DNA of 64,000 nucleotides from a virus (Duplodnaviria; Caudoviricetes): IMG/VR virus record IMGVR_UViG_3300031992_000022, positions 32,001 to 96,000 of that record; one strand, 5' to 3'. Shown piece by piece: positions 33,501 to 42,877 of this stretch (position 1 is its first letter; each line of letters starts with the position of its first letter). The notes under the pieces were generated by a model. It saw only the letters and a program-made list of their open reading frames with translations, ran no database searches and was not told where the DNA came from. The position numbers and the translations under genes were made by a program.

Positions 33501-33986
33501 AATCGTCGAAATTTTGAACAAGAAAAGAAAAGTGGAAAGGATAATCAATATTTTCTTAATATGCCAAAAATGCAAAAATATATAAAAGAATATTTAATAC
33601 ATCATAAAAATCAATTAGAAACTTTACATATAAATATTATTAATACTGCTAAATCATTATTACAAAATAATGATAAATTAATTAATATATTACCTAAAAT
33701 TAATTTATTGCAAGCATTAGACCAAATTAATATTATTAATATTTCAGAAACAACCTTTAAAGATGCTCACAATATTTTTAATACTTCTGCTATAAATAAT
33801 AGTTATGATTTTATTGGTTATATTATGTGGCGATTTTCTAGAAATGGATGCAATAGAAATAGTGAATATAAATATAATCTTAGACGGTATATTTTACAGC
33901 CATTAACAATGGAACAATTAAATGCTCATATTCTTGAATATATAAAAAAATATACAGAAAAAGTTAATACCTTATATATAAATTAA
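30549..33986 (+). CDS. Large low-complexity protein (1145 aa)
   Basis: AGGAGG RBS; N/P/S/T-rich repetitive N-terminal half. Confidence 0.7.
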   Translation: MKFINKYNNNNFNNKLASLINFDNNINKNITAISRPRRPIKVPSNIPSDDKESKPAFQNDIEEQKPMLINKPSIIEEPNVINEPSIIEEPNVIEEPAKNKLQDQPMSKSDLDKIQPNPNSSSIINPSTTNMPITNPPTNNQHTNNSSTNNQLPKIKPSFRQRLKSLHKQDSQLDQAIPNIQNTSNTDNASKPNDFNFNEPTTLNLNNNTLNKSNTDIPNTNKSIDDKSSTDESKLKTNAIDPFNFTEPNIIETEIKNDANNNNDNDNNNNDKEIKVKLTEQETHGLAELFEESRKSDKQTDQIIQSFDTILNNSDNNNSDNNNANNNADNNTNNIQQQIADTQKNLYSITDALQKITQKPEEYIIPINDILNNIISEEESSNDVLIKANEEIDKIDNEKLDMQDEQSPASVLLDKGIGAITTDKDQQILTDLQGEIQIPDTRDEINNTIKHTDITQVVETTINNIQDINLVPETIDEAEQNESGQKGSQRQKIKSIKLDTSFESILQKYNNNINANLLKDKINEFTDPEQLKQYILQECDDTNRTILNSDAITNINQLKQAISAIYKIAFDNKSMVQINSAFEYNITNLVNKFLATLYIDMFKQESLIGNRNGMSIGNITAQNVETFISSRLNPNWFYKGEEDKRIYPYFTPLNKKTGNTLYQLINACALKFCIEKFNNEIQYDSTKSLDDLSTEQLFVLKKMPRKRNVKELQGLSSDFTNAAAFNKSNIILEKIDKARTTLGTYINNYSTQLRKLVTYRKNISPDMAEHHRFERMSFRGFSKPLDWYAIERNAMANKPNASAIYHIPQEIEITIQDIQATVTNPKPEIKKSNIKFYTDIYLRYKLTLLYKKYIIPYLLENLNKLNNAYNLLNNYQFTSNIYDQLYKDIQQHPLHFFRISNFFTFTKETIPIEYLDPYTPKNQKLLQSRRATMANRINNRILIRLAMNFNGSLADNDILIQFYQQPYAKYLISLLCGTTCLTGNNRRNFEQEKKSGKDNQYFLNMPKMQKYIKEYLIHHKNQLETLHINIINTAKSLLQNNDKLINILPKINLLQALDQINIINISETTFKDAHNIFNTSAINNSYDFIGYIMWRFSRNGCNRNSEYKYNLRRYILQPLTMEQLNAHILEYIKKYTEKVNTLYIN

Positions 33987-34038
33987 AAAGACCTGATATA
34001 AATTAATCAGGTCTTTTTTAATATTAAAAATATTAATA

Positions 34039-34416
34039 TTAATCATACCAACAATAAACATTATTATCTACATTTAATTCATCTGCGTTTCCAAATAACT
34101 TATAAAAATCTTTTTGTTCTTGCACTGAATTAAATTCTGTATCTTTTTCTACTCCTTCTAAAGTAGTACGATAATCTTTTCTATTAATAGTAACTACATA
34201 TCCATGTGCTGTATAATTAGGATACTTTTTTATAAAATTATAAATTTCTTGCGTATTTGGAGAATCATTTTGGCATTCATCTAATTCTATAAATTCTAAA
34301 TCAATTAATTGTTCTAATTGATCTAAACTTAATTTATTAAAATGACATATATCAGTATACGAAGGAATATCTTTACCAAATATAATTGTATCTCGTAATA
34401 TATAATTTCTATTCAT
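34039..34416 (-). CDS. Hypothetical protein (start revised to ATG 34416)
   Basis: MNRNYILRDTIIFG..QNDSP..HGYVV..YCWYD; the upstream extension in the track lies inside the omegaRNA. Confidence 0.65.
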   Translation of the reverse strand: MNRNYILRDTIIFGKDIPSYTDICHFNKLSLDQLEQLIDLEFIELDECQNDSPNTQEIYNFIKKYPNYTAHGYVVTINRKDYRTTLEGVEKDTEFNSVQEQKDFYKLFGNADELNVDNNVYCWYD

Positions 34417-34444
34417 CAAATATGTGCACCCTTCCTCTAAAATT

Positions 34445-34734
34445 AATTCGCCCAAAGACGAGCGGGCATTATACTTACTAAATAGAAACAAACCACCGCC
34501 CGCTAGCGTAACAATCCTTAGCCAATGTTATCCTACAATGTTATCCTACAGTTTTATACGCCTACAGCACTGTTCCTACTCCTCAGAACTGTTTAGCCGT
34601 AAGCCGTAGAGCGGCAGATTAGAATTTACGTCTGCCGGTACCTATATATTTACAGATAACGTAACACTTGAAGAACTGAGGCTAGTCAGCAAGAGTTTAT
34701 ACGAACTTACGCCAATAAGTGTAGAATTACTGAC
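34445..34734 (-). ncRNA. Orphan IscB-type omegaRNA (HEARO-like)
   Basis: GC-rich island with GTCA..GACTAGCCTCAG..TACGTT..ATAGGTACC..GCTCTACG..TAAACAGTTCTGA..GGAACAGTG..ATAACATTGGC; 5' end similar to the element at 63318. Confidence 0.8.
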
Positions 34735-34945
34735 TCTAATTACTCTCCTCATTAATTTTTTTTAAAATAATTAAATAATAAAGAAAGAAATAATTAATTA
34801 GATTTAAAAATCTAATCAATTATTTATATTTAATCTTTTCAATCTATTTTTTACTCATTTATTCATAAAATTTATAGCACATTTTTTGACTTGAATAGTA
34901 TAATATTTTATTCTATATTAATTCAATTCAAGTCTACTAAAAATA

Positions 34946-34978
34946 AAAAGAGATCTATAAAAATTAGATCTCTTTTTT
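34946..34978 (-). terminator. Terminator after the major capsid gene
   Basis: AAAAGAGATCTA..TAGATCTCTTTT hairpin. Confidence 0.7.
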
Positions 34979-35002
34979 TATCTATTTCATTATAATTGAT
35001 GA

Positions 35003-38000
35003 TTATGAAAGTTCAATCTTTGCCACGGCCATGGAATTAACACAGGCCGCTCCGTAAAAATAAATTCTTATAAATTTTTAATTTTTATACTATTTTATAA
35101 TATAAAATAGTTTAGTATATATCTTTATTTTTAAATTTTAAAAATATATATTCTATATACGTTGATATATAATAAATTTTAATTTTTATTACATGTTCTG
35201 ATTATAATTAATATTATCTTTCAGAAAATTAATGCAAATTATATAAATAGAAACCGGAAAAAATAATAATATTTTAATAGATTTCTTCATATATCACCCA
35301 GCCTAGACGCAATTCTGACGGCACGTCTGCGGGAATTCTTACATTTTAAATTAAAATATATTTATATTTTTTCTATTAACACATAATAGTAAAGTATAAC
35401 TTTTCTTTTATAATTAATATAAAAGTTATATCTATATACGTTGAAATTTATATAATTATAATTATATAAATTTTCTGATTACTTTTATTTCCAGAAAATA
35501 GTATAAATGATTTCAAGCAATTCTCATTGTTACTTGAATATCCTGTCTAATAGGCATAACGCCCACGAACTCGGGGTCAGCTAATACATAAATAGTATTA
35601 AGTGGAACTTTTTTACTAATTAAAATATCTGCTGTCCAAATCATATATATTATTATAATTTATTATAATTATACTTTTTATTTTATAAAAAAGTTTAGAC
35701 TATATCATTATTATTAATTATTATTAGTCGTTAAATTAAACTATATATAAATATATAATATAATTACTAAATATATATTATAATATATTTCTAGTAAATT
35801 AATAATTTACAGACACATTTATTTATGTCCAAACAGACCAGTCTGTAAAACTTCGAACTGAGTACATTATTTATTTTTTATGGACTATATCTTCCGAAAT
35901 ATTTAATATTTTAAATAATTCTGTTTGACATTTAGTCTCTGAAGGAATAATCTTATCAGGAGGATATTTCTTTCTACCTTCCCAATTAATAATTAAATAT
36001 GAATATAATTCTTTTAGTTTATTCCAGATTTTTTTGTTAATTAAAATATGTTTATAATTATATTAATTACAAAAAACTTCATATTTTTCTTTAGAATAAA
36101 TTTCACCTTTTATTTCAATATAAACATTATAATCAGGTAAATAAAAATCTACAAAATAAGTAATTAATTGATTATTTATTTTAATTGGAATATTTAATTC
36201 ATATTTAATATTATGAAATTTTAAAATTCTAATAAAATTAGCTTCCCAAGTACTTCTTACATATTGTTGCAAATCTTCTCTATAAAAACCTTTAGCTGTA
36301 TTATTTTTAGGTAATTTTCTTAATCCTTTTGCATAATTATTTTTTACGGTATTAGAAATTTTATCCTTTACAGCTTGTCTAGATGCCGGATTGTTATTAC
36401 CTCTCATTTTTATACTTTGCTTTTGCTTTATATTTTTTACTTTTTCTTTTCCTTTTCCATATAATTCAATATAAGTTTTTCCTTTATTAGGAGAAGTATG
36501 ATCTTTTTTATTTGCCCAATATTTTTTTAAAGCTATACTTCGTTTTCTATTAGATTCTTTTTTTTACTTCATAATTTATTATTTTCCTTACTAATTATTT
36601 TATATATTAAAAACAAAAACTCTTAGTAATTAGCCAAATTATTTTTACATCCAGCTACTCTTTTATATATTAAAGTTTAACAGGATCAAAATCTCGATTG
36701 TCCCATCCTCTGATATCAGCAAATGCTTGCGCATTCATAACGATCTTTGTTACAATTAAATCATGCTTTTCGACTTCTCTAAATGCATTTTTAAGTACTT
36801 GACGTGTAAGGCCTGTACCAACAGTAACAGGGTTAACATCTTGTGCTGCTGTGTCAAGAAGTGTAAAGACCACTTCATCTTCTACTGCCATTCATTTATA
36901 TTATTTTTATAATTTTACTTATAACTTATTATCATTTTAATAAGATCAGACTATATTATTTATACTTAATAAGTAAATTATTTTATAGTCGTTGCATATA
37001 TATTTATTAATAACAAATTTTAAATAAATATATATAACGGATAGTTATTTAAAGCTTATTTAACAATCCCCGTTATTAATTAATTATATGATACAATTAT
37101 GATATAATTAAAAATAATTATAATATACTTTTAATAAAATTATTTATTTTATTGCGTATAAAATTAATATTATCTTAATTTCATGCTACCATGAAATTAA
37201 GCATAACTGATAAAAATTTATATATATTTTCAGCACTATGCTTTTCATTTTTATTAGTATGTATTGATATATAACTATTATTTTTCTGTTTCATATTTAT
37301 AATTATTCTTTCTTATATTCTTATATTATATCAGATTTTGCTCTTTGTTGTGCACGCGATTTTATTTCATTAAAATGAATATTATCATTTATCTAAAAAA
37401 CTTTAGTTTAGCATATATTTTTTATTTTATAATTAATATCTAATATGCGTTGATATAATAATTTAATTTAATAATTAAATTATATATTCTGATTATATAA
37501 ATTTACTTATCAGAAAATAAATTAATTTATTCTATATCGACAGTGCTTTTTTATCGATAATATTAAAACGACGTTCTTTAACCTGTGAAAAACGTACCTG
37601 AGGATAGGAAACGATTTCAAAGGTAGGACAATAATATTTATTAATAATTATTGAAAATAATTATTCTAAATTATCTAATGCTAATTTAGTTAGGTATATA
37701 TATTTATCTTATATAGATAAATGATATTATTATACTCTATAGTCTATTTATATTATTATAAATATTACTTTGGGATTAATTATAATATTATGCCCCAAAT
37801 TTATCTTTTATATACAGGCTCCATTAAAGTACCTGAATTCTGTCGCCTTCGATAAGCTGATCTGGAGCTGCACCACGCTTTGATAAAACAAACGCGCGTG
37901 CATCACATTATTATTCATAAATAATTGGACTATACTTTTATAGATATATTAACTGATAGTCTCTGAAGATAAGGAATTATTCATAATTTGAATAAATTCA

Positions 38001-38522
38001 TTTAATGATTTAGCATTTTTATCATGTATTTCTCAATAGCAATTAGAACATACTACATTTTTTATAAATTAATTTATTCATTTTTATGTTTACCTTTCTT
38101 GCTAATTAATTATTATTAATATTTCTTAGCAATTAATTAAATTATAGATGCTGATATATTTAGCTCCAGCTTATATTAACATCTTTATCATATACAGGAA
38201 GCATATATTTATGCTTGGACTATATCTTTATTATATTTTATATATAGTCTCTGAAAAAAATATCAATTATTTTTTAATATCTTTTTGCTAATTAATATAT
38301 TTAATATTATTCCAGCAATTAATAAAATTTATAGACACCCTTCCTGTGATTTTAAGCGCCTTGAGGAAGTGGATCAACCACTAAAATCTTACGTCCAATA
38401 CCTTGATAGTCAAGGGATGTACGAATTGGATTAGCCATTGCTTGTGCAAGAGCTTCACGTCCCTGAGGACTCTCAAGAGCTTTTGCAATTAAAAATTCTC
38501 TTTGTTCGTTTGTAAGTGCCAT
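35003..38522 (-). CDS. Major capsid protein (HK97-fold), 10 exons (38522-38355, 38201-38179, 37905-37831, 37628-37553, 37356-37328, 36892-36680, 35864-35825, 35641-35532, 35337-35281, 35054-35003), 280 aa
   Basis: AGGAGG RBS; exons sum to 843 nt and read MALTNEQREFLIAKAL..LAQAMANPIRTSLDYQGIGRKILVVDPLPQGA|LPVYDKDV|..V|PTFEIVSYP..RRFNIID|RAQQRAKSDI|MAVED..FDPV|TQFEVLQTGLFGH|IWTADI..LGWVIYEEI|GAACVN; sits in the head module after portal and protease. Confidence 0.88.
35055..35280 (-). other. Group I intron MCP-I9 (226 nt; terminal base apparently A)
   Basis: Exon AGAAAU / IGS GUUUCU; P7 GUAUA/UAUAC; 3' site ambiguous (alternative G at 35067). Confidence 0.78.
35338..35531 (-). other. Group I intron MCP-I8 (194 nt)
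   Basis: Exon UUCAAGU / IGS GCUUGAA; P7 GUAUA/UAUAC; terminal G. Confidence 0.85.
35642..35824 (-). other. Group I intron MCP-I7 (183 nt)
   Basis: Exon GGACAU / IGS GUGUCU; P7 GACUA/UAGUC; terminal G. Confidence 0.85.
35865..36679 (-). mobile_element. Group I intron MCP-I6 (815 nt) with a decayed endonuclease
   Basis: Exon UCCUGU / IGS GCUGGA (one mismatch); UUCAGAGACUA and AAGAUAUAGUCC; terminal G. Confidence 0.85.
35960..36572 (-). pseudogene. Intron-encoded NUMOD3 + PD-(D/E)XK-type endonuclease pseudogene
   Basis: RSTWEANF..VDFYLPDYNVYIEIKG; in-frame TAA at codon 3 and at 36063, with the frame continuing beyond both. Confidence 0.7.
36893..37327 (-). other. Group I intron MCP-I5 (435 nt) with an insertion of about 235 nt in the P1 loop
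   Basis: Exon UGAUAU / IGS GUAUCA at about 37090; UAACGGGGA; P7 GACUA/UAGUC; terminal G. Confidence 0.82.
37357..37552 (-). other. Group I intron MCP-I4 (196 nt)
   Basis: Exon AUCGAU / IGS GUCGAU; P7 GCAUA/UAUGC; terminal G. Confidence 0.85.
37629..37830 (-). other. Group I intron MCP-I3 (202 nt)
   Basis: Exon CAGGU / IGS GCCUG; P7 GUAUA/UAUAC; terminal G. Confidence 0.85.
37906..38178 (-). other. Group I intron MCP-I2 (273 nt)
   Basis: Exon AGAUGU / IGS GCAUCU; UUCAGAGACUA and AUAGUCC; terminal G. Confidence 0.87.
38202..38354 (-). other. Group I intron MCP-I1 (153 nt, smallest in the window)
   Basis: Exon GGCGCU / IGS GGUGUC; AAUUGCUGGAA, UUCAGAGACUA, AAGAUAUAGUCC; terminal G. Confidence 0.88.
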
Positions 38523-38540
38523 AATTATCTCATCCTCCTA

Positions 38541-39279
38541 TTAAATATGTAAAATGATTCCGAGATAATCGCCGCCATTAGCAGCGGCTCCGGCCCATTC
38601 ATACATGTTACCAGCTTTATAAGGTCCGATATGTGTTACCGTACCAAGAATGCGATCAGATGCTGTAGCTTTGACAACTTTACCATCTGCATCAGAAGTA
38701 ATGTTATCGCCAACAGTAAACTGATCAATTGTTGCACCGAGTCGGGTTGACTGAATATAATATTCCCCTCCTCTGAAGTAGAAAGACGCATTACCTGATG
38801 CGTTAACCATATCATGTAAATCTTCACGGAAAAGTCCGACAGCATTTTTGCCACCAGCTGCTGCAGTTGTTACACCGCCATCAGTTGGATCAATAGCTGC
38901 AAAACGACCACAAAGTTCTTCATTTGCTTCTCCATTTGCACTTTGTGCAGCTGCAACAAGCGCTGCTGAAATCTGATGTGTTCCATCAATTGTGCCCTCA
39001 TATCCAAGACGTAAATAATCGGTCGTGGGATACGTGGGCCCAAAATGTTTATCATTTATAGTATTTAAAAACTATTTAAATTTTAAATATTCATTTCTAA
39101 ATAAAACAGTATATATATTCTTTTAATCATTTTATATAGTTATAAAATATATACGTTGATATAAATATGCACAAATTTATATTCTGATTAATATTAATCA
39201 TAACAAATTTTAAATTAATATTTTTCCAGAAATAGTTATAAATTAACATGAGCTAACATTTATTTAACCCACCTGCCAT
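38541..39279 (-). CDS. Putative capsid decoration/cement protein, 2 exons (39279-39267, 39052-38541), 174 aa
   Basis: GGAGG RBS; MAGGY|KHFGPTYP..AVGLF..VGDNITSDADGKV; Gly/Ala-rich gene directly upstream of the capsid gene. Confidence 0.78.
39053..39266 (-). other. Group I intron (214 nt) after a 13-nt first coding exon
   Basis: Exon UGGGU / IGS GCUCA; P7 GUAUA/UAUAC; terminal G. Confidence 0.83.
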
Positions 39280-39659
39280 AGGTAGATACACCTCCATTTT
39301 TTAATAATTAAATATATTATAAAAATATAAATTATTTAATTAGAAGATCTGCTTAGACAGGTAGTTAAATAATGTGTAAGGATTTGTATAAGTGCATAAT
39401 AATTGTTTCTAAGCATTAAAGATATATATAATATATTTACCTTAATTATTTACCACCATCTCCCATTTTATTTTATAATTTATACTTTTAATCATAATAA
39501 AAATATATTTTATTAAAATTTTTAAAAAATCTTTTATAAAATACATTTTCTAATAAATAATAATTTTATATAAAAAATAAATTTTGAATAAATTTATTTT
39601 TCCATATATAAATAATACTTTTATATATATAAAAAAATATATTTATTCAAATAAATTTT

Positions 39660-42600
39660 TTATCTTTTTCCCATATATGTAAACATATCTGGTGAAAATA
39701 ATTCTCTAAAGGCAGTATTAATCTGATATTTTTTAAAATATCTCAATATCTTAAAAATCTATACCAATTAAGTTCTCTTGTTATTATATATATACTAATA
39801 TATAATCAAATCAATCTACACTTCACAGTGTATTCTAAAATCAATTCAATATATACTTATCTCTTATATATATCATAATTAATTCTATATTGATTCTCGA
39901 ACTCTAATTCGTATTGGCGCTACCAGTGCGCCTCTAAAGTATAAAGTAAATATATCTTCATATAAATTATGTATATCTTGACTTTCTATTAAGTCTTCAT
40001 AAGATATCTTTCTACTTACAACCTTACATTTATTTAACTGTTTATATTCTTCATTTAATAAATATTTCTTTAATATATTCAAAGCACCATTCATATCTGA
40101 ATTTATTAATATACCATTTTTAGACTTATAAAGTCCTCTCTTTACTCTCTCACCTGTAAATTGTTGTTTTCTTAATTCTACTTTATCATCTATGGTTCTT
40201 AATACATATCCTAGTTTTTCATCTTTCTTATAATTTAACATATAATCATTATCTAAGAAAGAAGCTTTAGATGTAAATGATTCTTCTTGAAGAATAAAAT
40301 TTATATTATTCATTTTACATCTATATTCTAAATTATCTTTTATCTTACTAAATGGTATACTAGTAAAAAATTGATTATTTTTTTTACCTAAATTAGCTTT
40401 TCTTTGAAAATCATTATTCCATCCTAATATAATAGTTTTTATATTATTTTGTAAACAATAATCTATTAATTTTTTACAAGTCTTATGAATATAATAATTA
40501 ATTTTATTATTTCGTTTCTTTAATATATTATACATCTTTTTTGTATATCTTAAATTTTTATTAATATTCTTCTCTTGTAATTTACTAATAATTCTATTAT
40601 ATCCTTGATTTATAGATTTTAATTCTTTACCGTCTAATATAAAACTATTAATTTTCTTTTTAGAATTATGATTATAGTTAATGCAAGTCATTAAATTTTT
40701 AACACCTAAATCTATAGCTAAATAATTATTATTAACTCGTATATTATCATTAATTTCTATTTCATAAGTATAATGAATTTCAAAAATTTTACCTTTATAT
40801 TTAGGAACTATTTGAATATATTTTATTTTTTTATCTTTTAATATAGTAGGTATTTTTATTCTAAATCTATCTTTACTTTTTGAATTTAAATTATATTTTT
40901 TTAATATTAATTTACTTAAGGGAATGATCCATTCATTATTTTTATTTATATAAATTTTATTAGTAGATGATATAAAATAATCATTTTTATCTAAATATTT
41001 AGGAATATTACATTTTAATCCTTTTTGTTTTAAAGCGAAAAAGGATTGAAAACTTTCATCTACTATATGAAGAATATTACAAGCAGTTTGTGCTTCGCAC
41101 AACTTATAATTAATATCATTTTTAATACTATGATAATTATTTGTATAATTTAAATATTTATTAGTATTAAAAAAATACTGTCTAATATTATATAAAGCAG
41201 AATTATATAGATTTTTACTATATTTACATAATTCTTTAAATAATATATATAATTGTTTATATTTATATTTACTAACTTGCTGCTTAACAGTTAAATAAAA
41301 TTTATTATCTTTATTGATATTATTTTTAAGATTCCTACTACTAATAATAATCAACTACCTTTTAATATTATAATTAATAATATTAAAATAAATAGATTAT
41401 AAAAAGTAATAGGATTAGATATTTTAAAATCTATTAGGCTTTGATTTTAATTAAAGCATAGATTATATCATTAATATAAAATTATATAATTAATGATTCT
41501 ATAAAAATATACGATATTAATCGTTAAATAAATATATATTGATAAAATATATATTTATTATTAATATTTTATGTAATAATAAATATATTAATAAATAATT
41601 GAATTAATAATCCCTAAATAAGGATTAATATTATCAGAAGTATTAATTAATAATGGCTTTGTTAATCCATTAAACGGCGTTTTTAAAAATGATGATTTAT
41701 TATCTCGCTGAATTTGTTCTACTATAGAATCTAATGACATTGTATTTGCATTATTAACATTATTATTAGAATTAGAATTATTTCCATAATTATTATAATC
41801 GCTACTAAAATTATTACTGAAATTATTATTAAAATTACTGTCAGAGTTATTGTCAAAATTATTACTAAAAGTATTATTAAAATTATTATTGTTATTTAAA
41901 TCAATATTATCTATATCAAATGAATTATTATCACTTATATTATTATTACCTTGATAACTATTATTGTTTTGATAACTATTACTTATATCATTATTGTTTT
42001 GATAATTATTATTGCTTAAAGCTTGTAATAAACTATCATCTAATGATACTTGTGAATTATTAATAGTTTGTCCATTATTAGTATTCATATAAGTAATTGC
42101 AGTTTTTTCCATATCATGCAAAGAACGACTATTTACATCATTCACATTTACATTCTTTTGTCTTGACATAGTAGATATTCCTCGCTGATGTTTTAATTTA
42201 TGTAACATATTTTGTGCCTCAGCTTCTTGTGGAGATAATCCACTGGTATCAATTTGTGATTCTGATAATGATATTACTTCTCCTTCATCAGAAGTATTAT
42301 TTAACATTTCTTCATATTGTTTTAATGCTTCATCATCAAATGCAGTTAATTTTAACTTTTCTGTTTCTACTTCATCTGGATCTATAATACCTTTATTTAA
42401 TGCCAAATTAATTAATTGTGTAATCTTATTATTATTTTCTGCTGATAATTCTTTTTTAGATATTTTAACAGCATTTTTTTCAATAACTTGTTCAGATTCA
42501 GTATGATTATTACCAGTAAGATTATTTTTAGTAAAATTATCTTGGCTTGAAGCTGTATTAACTGTTGATGTTTGTAATGGTGAAATCTGTGATTCTATAG

Positions 42601-42877
42601 TATCTACATAATTAATATTATCAGAATATTCATTTTTACTAATACGTATTAAATAATTTTTATTTATTAGTGGAATTTGTAACCGTTCATAAGTATTATC
42701 ATTCCAGTTAACAATTATATAATTATCATTTTTATCTTTAATAATCCCATATAAATTATTATTATTTTTTACATAATCATTAATATTAAAATTATTGTTT
42801 TTTCTCCGCGGACTTATTCGATAGCATTGATTTACATTATCATCATTATTGTATATTTTTAAATGAATATGTGACAT
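39660..42877 (-). CDS. Head-module protein (possible scaffold), 2 exons (42877-41621, 39722-39660)
   Basis: Spliced C-terminus SDNINP|INTAFRELFSPDMFTYMGKR*; Asn-rich; lies between protease and capsid genes. Confidence 0.65.
39723..41620 (-). mobile_element. TnpB-carrying group I intron (IStron-like, no tnpA), 1898 nt
   Basis: Exon AAUCCU / IGS GGGAUU; P7 GAUUA/UAAUC; tnpB 3' of the core; tail conserved with the 57839 element; ends CAG. Confidence 0.8.
39885..41354 (-). CDS. tnpB: RNA-guided endonuclease TnpB
   Basis: SKNLYN; RuvC motifs AIDLG, QEESFTSK, INSDMNGALNI. Confidence 0.92.
   Translation of the reverse strand: MIIISSRNLKNNINKDNKFYLTVKQQVSKYKYKQLYILFKELCKYSKNLYNSALYNIRQYFFNTNKYLNYTNNYHSIKNDINYKLCEAQTACNILHIVDESFQSFFALKQKGLKCNIPKYLDKNDYFISSTNKIYINKNNEWIIPLSKLILKKYNLNSKSKDRFRIKIPTILKDKKIKYIQIVPKYKGKIFEIHYTYEIEINDNIRVNNNYLAIDLGVKNLMTCINYNHNSKKKINSFILDGKELKSINQGYNRIISKLQEKNINKNLRYTKKMYNILKKRNNKINYYIHKTCKKLIDYCLQNNIKTIILGWNNDFQRKANLGKKNNQFFTSIPFSKIKDNLEYRCKMNNINFILQEESFTSKASFLDNDYMLNYKKDEKLGYVLRTIDDKVELRKQQFTGERVKRGLYKSKNGILINSDMNGALNILKKYLLNEEYKQLNKCKVVSRKISYEDLIESQDIHNLYEDIFTLYFRGALVAPIRIRVRESI

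Noticed and set aside
35003-38522. Capsid, nrdD and portal fragments as pseudogenes
   Set aside because: Exons rejoin in frame with conserved motifs and no internal stops
38636-39055. Track ORFs 38636..38854 and 38870..39055
   Set aside because: Alternative frames of the decoration gene exon 2; the real frame is continuous from 39052 to 38541
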